A stretch of DNA of 58,993 nucleotides, taken from Chloroflexota bacterium. GTDB taxonomy: Bacteria; Chloroflexota; Dehalococcoidia; JACPPY01. Location: positions 1 to 58,993 of the forward strand of contig JACPPY010000076.1 in NCBI GenBank assembly GCA_016190755.1. The letters run 5' to 3'. This document shows, in pieces, positions 1 through 10,035 of this stretch; the first letter of the stretch is position 1; every line of letters begins with the position of its first letter. The notes under the pieces were generated by a model that was not told the DNA's origin, searched no databases, and saw only the letters and a list, made by a program, of their open reading frames with translations. Position numbers and translations under genes: made by a program.

Positions 1-1
1 A

Positions 2-1156
2 TCTGGGCCGCCGAGAACTCGTATCTGGGGCGAAAAACTCACTGTAGAAGATGGGCCTAGCAGCGACGCTAACTTCGAACTGGCTGTGGACGAAGGCACG
101 AACGCATCTTGTGCCCGGTGCCATACCGGGCAGGGATTCCTATCATGGATCAAACAGAGTGATATGACCAAGTCGCTTCAGGGCAAAAATGGCAACGCCA
201 CGGCGGACGAAATGGCCGCCATGGGCCTGACTAAAGACACCATTCAACCCATCACGTGTGCCACATGCCACGACCCGCATGATGAAGGGAATATGGTGGC
301 CAATCCCCCGGTCATCAAGGTCCGTATTGACGGCGACACCGCCATGCTGCCATCGGGCTTCAAAGCCATGGCGGTAGGCAAGGGCGCACTGTGCATTACA
401 TGCCACAACACTCGCAATGGTGCCCACAACGATGCTGCAGGGCCTGATCCTTCACCTGACCGCGCTCCTCACGTAGCCGCCCAGGGAGACGTGATCATGG
501 GCGAGAATGCCTACTTCGTCAAGACAGGAGCTCGTTCCGCTCACGCCAACATAGAAGACTCATGCGTCACCTGCCATGTCGAAAGCTCACCGCCGCCGAA
601 ACCGTACACGACGAGCACCAACCACTCCTTCGCCGCCAGTACCGCCATCTGCGGTGACTGCCACGGGAAGTACGAGAACGCCGACAACCTAATGGCTGCC
701 AATGAGGTCAAGCTGAAACAGCTTGGCGACAAGTTGTCGGCTTATGCCTTGAACAAGTTACCCGACAAGGTAATGCTCAAGGACTACACACCTCACAAAG
801 TTGGAAGCAGGGACTATGATGTGGCCAGCGACGCCACGTCGGTCAATAAGACTGACATCAGGTCTCTAACTCCCGTTGAGGTGCATGGACGGCAAGGGTT
901 CGTGATCACCTTCACCGCACCAGTAACCTTCACCTACTCGCCATCCGGCGAGGCATCACACACTCAATCCTTGTCGCAAGCGCAGGTGCAGCTTGGCGGC
1001 CTGACCAAAGACGGCACTGCCCTCGCGTTCGCTGTTACCGACCCACTTTACAGGGTAGGCTGGAACTACTGGCTGATCCACGGTGATGCCAGCATGGGCG
1101 TGCACAACCCGAGCTTCGTGACAGATGTACTCCCCAGGCATCAATCGATGCTCTGA
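2..1156 (+). CDS. Multiheme c-type cytochrome, 5'-truncated by the window edge
   Basis: The frame is open from position 2. Five CXXCH motifs (CARCH, CATCH, CITCH, CVTCH, CGDCH) and a C-terminal DASMGVHNPSF motif typical of c552-like multiheme proteins. A probable 2-nt homopolymer indel lies near the 3' end. Confidence 0.9.
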   Translation, partial: SGPPRTRIWGEKLTVEDGPSSDANFELAVDEGTNASCARCHTGQGFLSWIKQSDMTKSLQGKNGNATADEMAAMGLTKDTIQPITCATCHDPHDEGNMVANPPVIKVRIDGDTAMLPSGFKAMAVGKGALCITCHNTRNGAHNDAAGPDPSPDRAPHVAAQGDVIMGENAYFVKTGARSAHANIEDSCVTCHVESSPPPKPYTTSTNHSFAASTAICGDCHGKYENADNLMAANEVKLKQLGDKLSAYALNKLPDKVMLKDYTPHKVGSRDYDVASDATSVNKTDIRSLTPVEVHGRQGFVITFTAPVTFTYSPSGEASHTQSLSQAQVQLGGLTKDGTALAFAVTDPLYRVGWNYWLIHGDASMGVHNPSFVTDVLPRHQSML

Positions 1157-1200
1157 AGTAGGTGCGACCAATGCCGAGCGCTGAAGCCATATTGGCGAGG

Positions 1201-1229
1201 CAGGGGAGGCCGGTCACCGGCCTCCCCTG
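1201..1229 (+). terminator. GC-rich stem-loop after the cytochrome gene
   Basis: CAGGGGAGGCCGG-TCA-CCGGCCTCCCCTG, a perfect 13-bp stem with a weak U tail. Confidence 0.65.
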
Positions 1230-1410
1230 GTCATATTCCTGACCACTTCATCACCATGCTGCCACCAGCGACTATTCGTAGAAAGCCTTCTCTTTTTTCC
1301 GCGGACAGCCGAAAGTACTGCTCCGATTGTTGCTCAACGGCTCGACAATAACTAAATATGTCTTCAGACCCGGCTATTCGTTTCTTGGGCAATCATTGCA
1401 TGTACTATGT

Positions 1411-1429
1411 TTGCACTAGCAACTATAAT
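1411..1429 (+). promoter_or_regulatory. Palindromic operator (TTGC-N4-GCAA) abutting a TATAAT -10 box of the MFS gene
   Basis: TTGCACTAGCAA at 1411-1422 and TATAAT at 1424-1429, 12 nt before ATG 1442. Confidence 0.45.
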
Positions 1430-1441
1430 AAGCAATAAACC

Positions 1442-2899
1442 ATGACCGCACGCACATTGCAGCAAGACCGTGCCGGCTCCCGGGTTGGGCCGGGCATATC
1501 CACGAGACAGGCATACGTCTCTTTCGCCATTGTTTCTCTTGCCTTTCTCATGGCATCCATCGACTCGACGATCGTTGCTGTGAGCCTGCCAAACATGCTC
1601 GACGACCTCAAGACAAATCTGGCCTGGGTCGGGTGGACGTTAACTGGCTATCAGTTCTCAGCATCAATTGCAATGCCGATAGTTGGCAAGATCAGCGACG
1701 AGTTTGGACGCAAACGGCTGTTTCTCGCTGCCGTCGTCATCTTCACTATCAGCTCGTTGGCTGCTGGCCTGGCGCCTAACATCTATTGGCTTATTGCGTT
1801 CCGTTTTCTGCAGGGTGTCGGAGGCGGCGCATTCATGCCTTCGGCGACAGGGATCGTGTGTGATGCGTTTGGTGAGCGAAGGGCCTCGGCTGTCGGGTTC
1901 TTCAACAGCATATATCCCATCGGCGGCATCCTGGGACCAAATATAGGCGGACTCATCGTCGGCCATTTTTCCTGGCGCTGGATTTTCTTCGTCAACGTCC
2001 CCATCGGAGCAGCCCTTTTTGTCTTCGGGACAATGCTGCTGCCTAAGAGCAACGTGCTGCCACCGGACCGTCGCGCCGACATTGTTGGCGCGGGGCTGTT
2101 CAGTGGTGGAGTTCTCGCACTCCTCTACGGCATGACTAACTGGGCGGAACATCCTGGAAGCATAGGGACAACAACTGTGGCCATGTTTGCAACAGGGATA
2201 TTACTTCTTTTCATCTTCGCCAGGCATGAGGTCAGGGCACAGCACCCCATAGTAGATATCGGGCTGCTCAGATCGCGTCCCTTCCTGGCAGCCAACGTCT
2301 ACAATTTCCTTTTCGGTGCAGCAATTTTCAGCGTATTGTCCTTCATTCCCTACTATGCTGTAGTTGGCTACGGCCTGACAACTGAAGAAAGCGGCCTGCT
2401 TCTTACACCGCGCTCATTAGTCATGATCCCGGCAGCAGTCCTGACCAGCCTGTTCATAACCCGCCTCCGGTATCGTCTGCCTATGATAATAGGTTTGGTG
2501 ACAATATCAGGCGGCCTTGCTCTCTTGAGTCGCGGTTATCATGACCCGGTAGTATTCGGTCTGGGTATGAGCAACATGGTGCTGTTAGCCCTCCTTGTGG
2601 CGATAAACGGTCTCGGTATGGGAATAGCCAGTCCTGCCTCCAACAACGCCGCTCTTGACCTGATGCCGGACAAAGTGGCTGCCGCATCCGGACTACGCGG
2701 CATGTTCCGTAGCGTCGGTGGAGCATTCGGCACTACGATACTAATCCTGGTACTCAGCCACTTCGAAGACAAGGCGCAGGGGATGCAAACGGTCTTCCTC
2801 TATTTCGCTGCACTGTTGCTGCTTCCCATTTTGATAGTCTTCCTGATCCCGGATATGGAACGGGAGAAGGGGAACCACCGCAAAGATGTTCCGCAATGA
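1442..2899 (+). CDS. MFS drug:H+ antiporter, DHA2 (EmrB/QacA-like)
   Basis: ASIDSTIVAVSLP motif D1, GKISDEFGRKR motif A, GPNIGG and WRWIFFVNVPIG; about 14 TM segments. Confidence 0.93.
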   Translation: MTARTLQQDRAGSRVGPGISTRQAYVSFAIVSLAFLMASIDSTIVAVSLPNMLDDLKTNLAWVGWTLTGYQFSASIAMPIVGKISDEFGRKRLFLAAVVIFTISSLAAGLAPNIYWLIAFRFLQGVGGGAFMPSATGIVCDAFGERRASAVGFFNSIYPIGGILGPNIGGLIVGHFSWRWIFFVNVPIGAALFVFGTMLLPKSNVLPPDRRADIVGAGLFSGGVLALLYGMTNWAEHPGSIGTTTVAMFATGILLLFIFARHEVRAQHPIVDIGLLRSRPFLAANVYNFLFGAAIFSVLSFIPYYAVVGYGLTTEESGLLLTPRSLVMIPAAVLTSLFITRLRYRLPMIIGLVTISGGLALLSRGYHDPVVFGLGMSNMVLLALLVAINGLGMGIASPASNNAALDLMPDKVAAASGLRGMFRSVGGAFGTTILILVLSHFEDKAQGMQTVFLYFAALLLLPILIVFLIPDMEREKGNHRKDVPQ

Positions 2900-2998
2900 G
2901 ACCTGGGTCAGAACAATAAAACTTGCTGCGATCAGATTGTCACTTGCCTGCTCGGTACATGTTTTGCCTTGCTCATGACAGCCTGTATCCCGGATGTC

Positions 2999-3865
2999 TC
3001 AAGGACCGTCTCTTGCTGTCCTCTCTTCATCCGGGGCCAGGCCGGGTACAACCGATACTAAACGTGAATGCCTCGTGCGTCTAATTTCCTGTATGAGCAA
3101 TCCCAGGCTGGTCCCGCCAACCGCCACATACGCGGCGAAAATGAAATAGAGCCTGTCGAGGCCACTACCGATATTCCAGGCAGTATGCAACAAAACCACA
3201 AACAGGAACATACCCACAGGCTTCCAATTGAATAGATGTCCCGTTCGGCCACGTTCGCGCCACATCACTGCACACACCAGCCCTGTCCACGCCGCATGGC
3301 CCGCGGGTGACAGGAACCCACGTACCAGAAGCACTTCCTGCATCGACCCGACGCTACCTTGAGAGTCGATAAGTGCAACCATTCCATAGCCGGCAGTCTC
3401 CAACGCGGAAAACCCCATTCCGGCTGCGACACCGAAGAGAAGGCCATCAGCTTCCGACCGGTAGCTCCACCTCAGGTATATGGCAAGCGGTAATATCAGT
3501 TTGGCGCTCTCCTCTATTAGCCCGACACCAAGCAGGCCAGGAATGTCCAAGTCGTTGAGTATTTGGTGTTCCAGGACCCCGGCAACAATGATGCCGACCG
3601 TCCCGCCTATGAGGAAACACACCAGCAGTAGAGTCAGAGGGAGCAGGCTGTGCACCTGCTGGTCGAGCTCGCGCTCCTGACTATAGAAGTAGGCAACGAA
3701 AGCCATGGGTATCGCAAAGGCACCTAGAAGAATGACTGTTGGAGAGTAATGGGGATTGCCGGTGAACTTCAAGGCCTGTTCGGATATCACGAACAGGATA
3801 AATCCTATAGAGAATACCTGAAACCATCTCTGATAAAAAAGGCGTAAAGATAACTGCAAACGCAT
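2999..3865 (-). CDS. prsW: PrsW-family intramembrane glutamic protease
   Basis: IEESAK, GFSALET, GHAAW and LHTAWN motifs; multi-TM protein. Confidence 0.88.
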   Translation of the reverse strand: MRLQLSLRLFYQRWFQVFSIGFILFVISEQALKFTGNPHYSPTVILLGAFAIPMAFVAYFYSQERELDQQVHSLLPLTLLLVCFLIGGTVGIIVAGVLEHQILNDLDIPGLLGVGLIEESAKLILPLAIYLRWSYRSEADGLLFGVAAGMGFSALETAGYGMVALIDSQGSVGSMQEVLLVRGFLSPAGHAAWTGLVCAVMWRERGRTGHLFNWKPVGMFLFVVLLHTAWNIGSGLDRLYFIFAAYVAVGGTSLGLLIQEIRRTRHSRLVSVVPGLAPDEERTARDGP

Positions 3866-3933
3866 TACCTCGGATGTGTTCCGCCGCGGCCCGGAAGAGG
3901 GAGATGTACCCTGTCTAACTTAATTCTAGCACC

Positions 3934-3959
3934 GTCGCTGGCATGTCTCCGAAGTTTGC
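3934..3959 (-). promoter_or_regulatory. Possible ECF-sigma promoter GCAAAC-N16-CGAC upstream of prsW
   Basis: Motif spacing is seen on the minus strand, but an extended -10 (TGCTAGAAT) just downstream is an alternative explanation. Confidence 0.3.
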
Positions 3960-4058
3960 ATCGGGCGTCTCACGACTCCTATGCAAGCGGGTTCAGGAAA
4001 AGAGCAATAATATGCTTCGGGAGTCTGCCAACATCGGCAGGGCAGCGGTTTAGCTGGA

Positions 4059-4406
4059 TCAAGTTGCGCCAAGCACGACGCCCAGGCTCAGAATGCAAAG
4101 TATTACCAAGGCCATAGCCGCGTAGGTAAGTTCACGACGGATGATAAAGTACACAGCACAGATAATAACTGCTATTATGGGCGTAAGCAGCAGCGCCAGT
4201 ATTCCCAACGAGACTAATGCCGCTGGTTCTCCGTGCAACAATGAGGACAGGACGCCCCCGAAAGCTATCCCGTCACGAACCGGCGCACCCTGTAGGCTGA
4301 TCCAGATAAACCCTATGATTGTGAGGACAAAGGACGATACCAGACCGGTCAGGAAAGCCTGCCGGAGCCAGGCATAAAGTCGGACATCGTTGCGGTCCGT
4401 CGTCAC
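4059..4406 (-). CDS. DUF1634-like small membrane protein (usual TauE partner)
   Basis: Three TM segments and the LGILALLLTP motif. The GTG start overlaps the TauE stop codon. Confidence 0.75.
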   Translation of the reverse strand: MTTDRNDVRLYAWLRQAFLTGLVSSFVLTIIGFIWISLQGAPVRDGIAFGGVLSSLLHGEPAALVSLGILALLLTPIIAVIICAVYFIIRRELTYAAMALVILCILSLGVVLGAT

Positions 4407-5251
4407 AAGTTCACCCCTACTGCCCGCAGCAGCATGAGCACCGCTACACACACGAGTACGGCCGAGAAGGCCAGCCGCAACTTGTTGCCGTTCACCCTAC
4501 GGGTAACGACGACTCCGGACTGGGCCCCGAGAAAGATGCCTACCAGCACAGGGGCCGTTGTCAGCAGATCGACGTAACCACGAACATAGTAGACGAAAGC
4601 GCTGGCCACAGCCGTTATTCCGATCATGAAATTGCTGGTACCTATTGCCGCTTTAATCGGCAGCCCCATCACCAGGTTCATCACAGGCACCTGGATTACG
4701 CCGCCACCTATGCCAAGCAGGCCGGACATTGCACCAGCAACTGCGCTGGCACAAAGCCCCTGTCTGACACGTATTACACAATACCTGACCTCGCCACCGC
4801 CTCCAGGGTCACGGTAGGACGCCTGAAGGGAAGTGGCAAAATTATGGTTGTTCGTGTCGGGGAGGGCGGCCACATTGATGGCAGTATTTCTGTTACGGAA
4901 CATGAAATAGCCGCTCAGGACAAGCCCCACCGCGAAAATCCCCGACAACCACCTCGCGCTCAAAAACATGCCCAAAAACGCTCCTGCGAGGGCTCCCGCT
5001 GTAGTAGTAGTCTCCAACAATACGCCCAGCCGGACATTGGTGAATCGAGCCTTAATATAAGAGGTGACAGAGCTGCAGCCAGTGCCGGCGACAGCTATAA
5101 GACTCATTGCAATAGCAGCATGCAAGGGAATGCCCGCGGCCAACGTCAACAAGGGCACGACAAATATTCCACCGCCGACTCCCATCATAGCGCCGAAGGC
5201 ACCGGCAGCTAGGCCGATAAGGATCAACAGACCTATATCTAACCAGTGCAT
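4403..5251 (-). CDS. Sulfite exporter TauE/SafE family membrane protein
   Basis: Duplicated GAMMGVGGG and SGLLGIGGG motifs, plus AIGTSNF. Likely start is MHWLD at 5251. Confidence 0.9.
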   Translation of the reverse strand: MHWLDIGLLILIGLAAGAFGAMMGVGGGIFVVPLLTLAAGIPLHAAIAMSLIAVAGTGCSSVTSYIKARFTNVRLGVLLETTTTAGALAGAFLGMFLSARWLSGIFAVGLVLSGYFMFRNRNTAINVAALPDTNNHNFATSLQASYRDPGGGGEVRYCVIRVRQGLCASAVAGAMSGLLGIGGGVIQVPVMNLVMGLPIKAAIGTSNFMIGITAVASAFVYYVRGYVDLLTTAPVLVGIFLGAQSGVVVTRRVNGNKLRLAFSAVLVCVAVLMLLRAVGVNL

Positions 5252-5413
5252 GCCATGAATATTAACACAAGCGCCATGCAGAAAGAACCGTTCACAGGTT
5301 TGTAACCACGCGTTCCGGTCATTCCTGTTGTATACTATCCCTGTTATCGCTTGTGTTAGTTTCCATGTCCGGGCTTGAATGACGAGAGCCATGTGCATTC
5401 CTCGGGAGGTACG

Positions 5414-5980
5414 ATGAGTACTTATACTGGACCACGAAGACACGCCGATGACCCTGAACGCAGAAAATGGCAGAATCCTGAGGCACTGCTGGCAGATATC
5501 GGGCTGAAGCCAGGGATGGTTATCGCCGATATTGGCTGCGGCGGCGGGTTCTTTGCGCTACCAGCTGCCAGAATATTGGGTGAGAAAGGGCAGGTTTATG
5601 GTGTTGATATAGACGCCGGGTCCGTAAGCGAATTGGAAAGCCTGGCCGCCAAGGAAGGCCTGACGAATATTAAACTGACGGTCGGCAAGGCCGAACAGGC
5701 TGTGCTTTGCAACTCATGTGCTGACGTCGTGTTCTTTGGCATAGACCTCCATGATTTTGAGGATCCGAATCAAGTTCTTCGCAACGCGAGAAAAATGCTC
5801 AGGCCCGGAGGTGAACTGGTTGACCTTGATTGGAAGAAAGAGCCAATGCCTCTTGGCCCACCTTTACAGAAGAGGTTCAGCGAAAATGATGCGGCCCGGC
5901 TGATAAGTGCTGCCGGTTTCAAGGTCGTGAACACAAAAGACGTCGGGCCCTATCATTACCTTATCACCGCCAGGAAATAG
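5414..5980 (+). CDS. Class I SAM-dependent methyltransferase
   Basis: IADIGCGGG motif I, VYGVDID and LRPGG; GGAGG RBS before ATG 5414. Confidence 0.9.
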   Translation: MSTYTGPRRHADDPERRKWQNPEALLADIGLKPGMVIADIGCGGGFFALPAARILGEKGQVYGVDIDAGSVSELESLAAKEGLTNIKLTVGKAEQAVLCNSCADVVFFGIDLHDFEDPNQVLRNARKMLRPGGELVDLDWKKEPMPLGPPLQKRFSENDAARLISAAGFKVVNTKDVGPYHYLITARK

Positions 5981-6024
5981 GGCCCCTTTGCGGCCTGCAG
6001 GCCACAGAAAACAGTGAAAAGGAG

Positions 6025-6540
6025 ATGCTGGTGGACTTTTTCCAAGTGATCCAGAAGCGCTATAGCGTGAGGTCATACAAGCCTGACCCGGTGGAGGACC
6101 AGAAGCTACAATCGATCATCGAGGCAGCGAGGCTGGCGCCGACTGCGTCCAACCGGCAACCCTTCAAGTTCATCGTCATACATACATCTGGACGGGAAGC
6201 AGAGCTCAACCAAATATACGCTCGTCCGTGGTTTGCTCAAGCCCCGTTGTTGATCGGCATTTTCACAACGCCAGATATCGCTTGGGTAAGAAGAGACGGC
6301 AAAAACTACTCGGACATAGACGCCGCGATAGCCATGGACCACCTTATACTGGCGGCCACTGAGCTTGGCTTGGGCACTTGCTGGGTGGCTGCGTTCGATC
6401 CGGTGGCTACGCGCCGGGTCTTGGGCCTTCCAGAAGGCGTGGAGCCCATCGCGTTCACACCGTTGGGTTATCCGAACGACCAGCCTAAAGCAAAAAAACG
6501 CAAAACCTCGTCCGACCTGGTCAAATACGACCGCTGGTAG
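6025..6540 (+). CDS. Nitroreductase family flavoprotein
   Basis: KRYSVRSY, APTASNRQP and LGLGTCW motifs. Confidence 0.92.
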   Translation: MLVDFFQVIQKRYSVRSYKPDPVEDQKLQSIIEAARLAPTASNRQPFKFIVIHTSGREAELNQIYARPWFAQAPLLIGIFTTPDIAWVRRDGKNYSDIDAAIAMDHLILAATELGLGTCWVAAFDPVATRRVLGLPEGVEPIAFTPLGYPNDQPKAKKRKTSSDLVKYDRW

Positions 6541-6885
6541 TTCTTTCTGCTGTCGCAGCCCGACTCAGTACCTGAACTGGGGGCTCTCTAACGCACCAGC
6601 AGATCGGCCTTCAGAACCTTAGCCTAACTGCCTGAAGCACATTCAGGTCTTGAGTCTTGCCGCTTGCATGCGGATAACAGCAACGCTGCCCCCATTTGCA
6701 TGCCTCCAGCCGAACATCCTGCCACAAAACGGCGGGCCGGCCAAATATGGCACGCGAACCGAACAGTGGTTTGTTGGCGGGGATCAAATGCGAGAGTAAC
6801 TCTTGACCTCTGCATTCCGTTGTATATTAGTGATAGGACCCCATCACGAACGAGCCTTGAAATATGCAGCCGGGAGAGACAGGCT

Positions 6886-8244
6886 TTGAACCATATTAGA
6901 AGCCCCTTCCAAACATATGCCCTGGCCATATCATCGGCCATAGCCGCGCTGATCAGGCTGGTAACAGCACCGCTCTCATCCGGGGCTGACGTCCCTCAGT
7001 TCTGGGCCTTTGCGCGGGTGTTCCAGGAATATGGACTTCACTTCTATCGCTACGCCGATGCCACCCTTGATATCTTTCCCGTAAAAGGGTGGCGTTTCGT
7101 CTATCCGCCCGTATGGCTCTTCATTTCGAGGTTGTCGTTGTTCGCCGCACCCGCGAGTATGGTTACCAGCGACATGGTGGACACGAGTTGGCGCATCGCG
7201 ATCAAGGCACCTACTATCGCCGCAGACATAGCGATTGGACTTCTCCTCTTTTGGGCGGTGACAGGATCTATGTGGCGAAAGCTGCTCTTTGCTGCTCTTT
7301 GGCTGTTTCATCCCCAGGCATGGTATGAATCGGCGGTCTTCGGACAATTCGATGCCGTAGCGGGTGTGTGCCTACTGGCCGCGGTGCTGATGCTGGAACG
7401 CAAAAGAGACCGCCTGGCTTTCCTGTTCGCCGGTCTCGCCCTCATGACCAAGCAGCACCTAGCCCTGTCGGTGGTGTTACTGGTGGTCGTGAGCGCCCGG
7501 AGTCTTCCCTTGCGTTCTTTCCTTGTGGACCTTGCAATAATGGCCGGGGTTGTCCTGGCATTATCGCTGCCATTCACGGTACTGGGCGATGCACGGGTTT
7601 ACATCGCCTCGATTGCAAAGCCGACACTTGGCTCGGGCTACCAGAACCCGCTAATGTACGCATTCAGCGGCAGTGCCTCGCTTCTGACGTACCTGCACAA
7701 CGTATTCGGCTGGGACACCGTAGGTCTTTTTGCCTGGAATTCCCGCCTGATCATAGCGGTGGCGGTGGTCGCCATTTTCGTATGCTACCTCAAGCCAGTC
7801 ACGCCGCTGCAAGCAACTTTGGTCGGCTTTTTGCTCTTCATAGGACTGTCGTATCAGGTCAATTACCAGTACTTGATCGTATATATACCGCTGGCCATAT
7901 TGGCGGCTTCCAGGGCACGTGGCTGGGAAAAGGCTCTCGACCTGGCGCTGGCATTTGCCCCGGCTGTCTGGCTGTGGCTATTCGATGTTTCCTTTTGGTT
8001 CACCTACTATTCACCGCCCCATTTCGAGGTCGTATCACCACTCAGTCGCATAGGTTTGGTGAGGTACGTGCCCGATTTTTCGTACGTCGCCCTGGCCGTG
8101 GTCGTCATGCTGCTCTGTCTAACGTATGTCGCGTTGACTCTGTTCCGCGCCACACAAGAGACAGAAAATCAGGGACTGACCGCCGTGGGTACAAGCAAGG
8201 AAGCCGGAAACAGAGAACACTTGAAACAGAAGCTTACAGTGTGA
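6886..8244 (+). CDS. Polytopic GT-C fold glycosyltransferase (GT87/DUF2029-like)
   Basis: FVYPP, ADIAIG, GQFD and LMTKQ motifs; many TM segments. Start is uncertain (ORF open from 6664; TTG 6886 follows GGAGAG). Confidence 0.7.
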   Translation: MNHIRSPFQTYALAISSAIAALIRLVTAPLSSGADVPQFWAFARVFQEYGLHFYRYADATLDIFPVKGWRFVYPPVWLFISRLSLFAAPASMVTSDMVDTSWRIAIKAPTIAADIAIGLLLFWAVTGSMWRKLLFAALWLFHPQAWYESAVFGQFDAVAGVCLLAAVLMLERKRDRLAFLFAGLALMTKQHLALSVVLLVVVSARSLPLRSFLVDLAIMAGVVLALSLPFTVLGDARVYIASIAKPTLGSGYQNPLMYAFSGSASLLTYLHNVFGWDTVGLFAWNSRLIIAVAVVAIFVCYLKPVTPLQATLVGFLLFIGLSYQVNYQYLIVYIPLAILAASRARGWEKALDLALAFAPAVWLWLFDVSFWFTYYSPPHFEVVSPLSRIGLVRYVPDFSYVALAVVVMLLCLTYVALTLFRATQETENQGLTAVGTSKEAGNREHLKQKLTV

Positions 8245-8276
8245 CTCAACCATAGAGCACTCCATTCCAATACATT

Positions 8277-9890
8277 TCAACCGCTTCGGGCTGGCGCGCC
8301 TTTGGGGTCAGCAGGAGGTTTTGATATGGGCTCGTTAAACGCCGCATTCAGTTCCGGGCCTGACAGCGTTTCCAGGTCGAGAAGCCTTCTGGCTATGTGA
8401 GTCAACCGGTCCCTGTTCTCTGTGATTATCCTTTTGGATATCTCATAGGCCTGCTTGACAATGGTATATACTTCCTCGTCAATCTGCCTGGCTATCTCTT
8501 CGCTGTAGTCCCTTTGTTCCGCCGTCCCGGCAGGATAGCCCGACACCCCTTCAGACCCATACGTCCTCAACCCCAGCTTTTCACTCATGCCATAGTCGGT
8601 AACCATCCTGCGGGCTATAGAAGTCGCTTGCTTCATATCACTGTGAGGACCGGTAGATATCTCCTTGAATACAAGCTCTTCCGCAGCATGCCCTGCCAAA
8701 AGCGTAGCCAGCGTTTCCTTGAACTTCGATGCCGTCATAAAGTACCGGTCTTCCGCCAGTATCCTCGTGTACCCGCCCATCGTGCCCCGAGCCACAATAG
8801 AGATCTTAGATACGGGGTCCACGTTCGGCAAGATATGCGCTACCAGGGCGTGCCCTGCCTCATGATATGCTGTTAGTTCCTTGTCCCTGGGGCTGATCTT
8901 AAGGCTTCTTCTTTCAGGGCCCGCAAGTATGCGGTCTATAGACTCCTCCAGCTCCGCCATTCCGATACTGGTCTTGTTACGCCTGACGGCGAGTATGGCC
9001 GCCTCGTTCATGAGAGCTGCCAGGTCGGCGCCGCTGAAACCATGGGTCTCCTTGGCTACAGCACCAAAATCGATCGAAGAGTCGAGCCGCTTGCCCTTTG
9101 CATGTACTTCCAATATGGCCTTGCGTCCGTGTGTGTCGGGAAGGTTCAAGACGACCCTCCGGTCAAAGCGTCCAGGCCGCAGCAGGGCCGGGTCCAGTAT
9201 GTCAGCACGGTTAGTAGCCGCCAGCACGACAACGCCGGAGTTCGTAGTGAAACCGTCCATCTCCACCAGTATCTGGTTCAATGTCTGCTCCCTTTCTTCA
9301 TGGCTTCCCGGCCCTCCGCTAGAACGCACACGGCCTACGGCATCTATTTCATCAATGAAGATTATGCAGGGCGCGTTGCGCTTCGCTTGTTCAAACAGGT
9401 CTCTCACCCTGGCGGCGCCCACACCGACGAACATCTCAACGAACTCGCTGCCGTTAACGGAGTAGAAAGGCACGCCAGCTTCACCGGCAACTGCACGTGC
9501 TAGCAATGTTTTGCCTGTGCCTGGAGGGCCAACCAGCAGCATGCCCTTTGGTATGGTTGCACCTATGGCCTGAAACCTGCTGCGGTCCTTGAGAAACTCA
9601 ACTACCTCTCGAAGGTCGTCCTTGACCTCTTCGACCCCAGCAACGTCACCAAAGGACACCGAAGGGCGGTTCGGAGTGATAAGTCTGGCTCTGCTCCGCC
9701 CGAACTTTGCCGCCTCATTCCTGGCGTCCTGTGCGCCTCGTCCGGAGCTCATGAAGAGATAAATCATGACGATGATTAGCAGGACCGGCAAGAAGTAAAT
9801 CAGTATGTTCCACGGGCGGCTGTCTGTAGCTGCCGGTTGCGCATAGTAACCCGGATCGAGAAGTTCCAGCAGATAAAGGCCGTTCATCAT
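8277..9890 (-). CDS. ftsH: ATP-dependent zinc metalloprotease FtsH (single-TM form)
   Basis: GPPGTGKT Walker A, IFIDEID Walker [14 protein letters not shown] and HEAGH zinc motif. Confidence 0.96.
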   Translation of the reverse strand: MMNGLYLLELLDPGYYAQPAATDSRPWNILIYFLPVLLIIVMIYLFMSSGRGAQDARNEAAKFGRSRARLITPNRPSVSFGDVAGVEEVKDDLREVVEFLKDRSRFQAIGATIPKGMLLVGPPGTGKTLLARAVAGEAGVPFYSVNGSEFVEMFVGVGAARVRDLFEQAKRNAPCIIFIDEIDAVGRVRSSGGPGSHEEREQTLNQILVEMDGFTTNSGVVVLAATNRADILDPALLRPGRFDRRVVLNLPDTHGRKAILEVHAKGKRLDSSIDFGAVAKETHGFSGADLAALMNEAAILAVRRNKTSIGMAELEESIDRILAGPERRSLKISPRDKELTAYHEAGHALVAHILPNVDPVSKISIVARGTMGGYTRILAEDRYFMTASKFKETLATLLAGHAAEELVFKEISTGPHSDMKQATSIARRMVTDYGMSEKLGLRTYGSEGVSGYPAGTAEQRDYSEEIARQIDEEVYTIVKQAYEISKRIITENRDRLTHIARRLLDLETLSGPELNAAFNEPISKPPADPKGAPARSG

Positions 9891-10035
9891 GAGACTACAT
9901 CCACCCCAATTCATTTTACCCTAGCTTTCGCCATTCAGTCCTGCTGCCAGCTATTGTGTGGCAGCGTGTCGGTGCCTATAATGCTCGTTACAGGCTATTC
10001 ATGCGACGCCAATTGCGGCGGGAAAGGATAACGAT

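Noticed and set aside
6760-6773. Second SOS box CGAAC-AGTG-GTTTG upstream of the glycosyltransferase
   Set aside because: One mismatch, about 30 bp upstream of the putative -35, and the gene is unrelated to DNA repair; chance occurrence is plausible.
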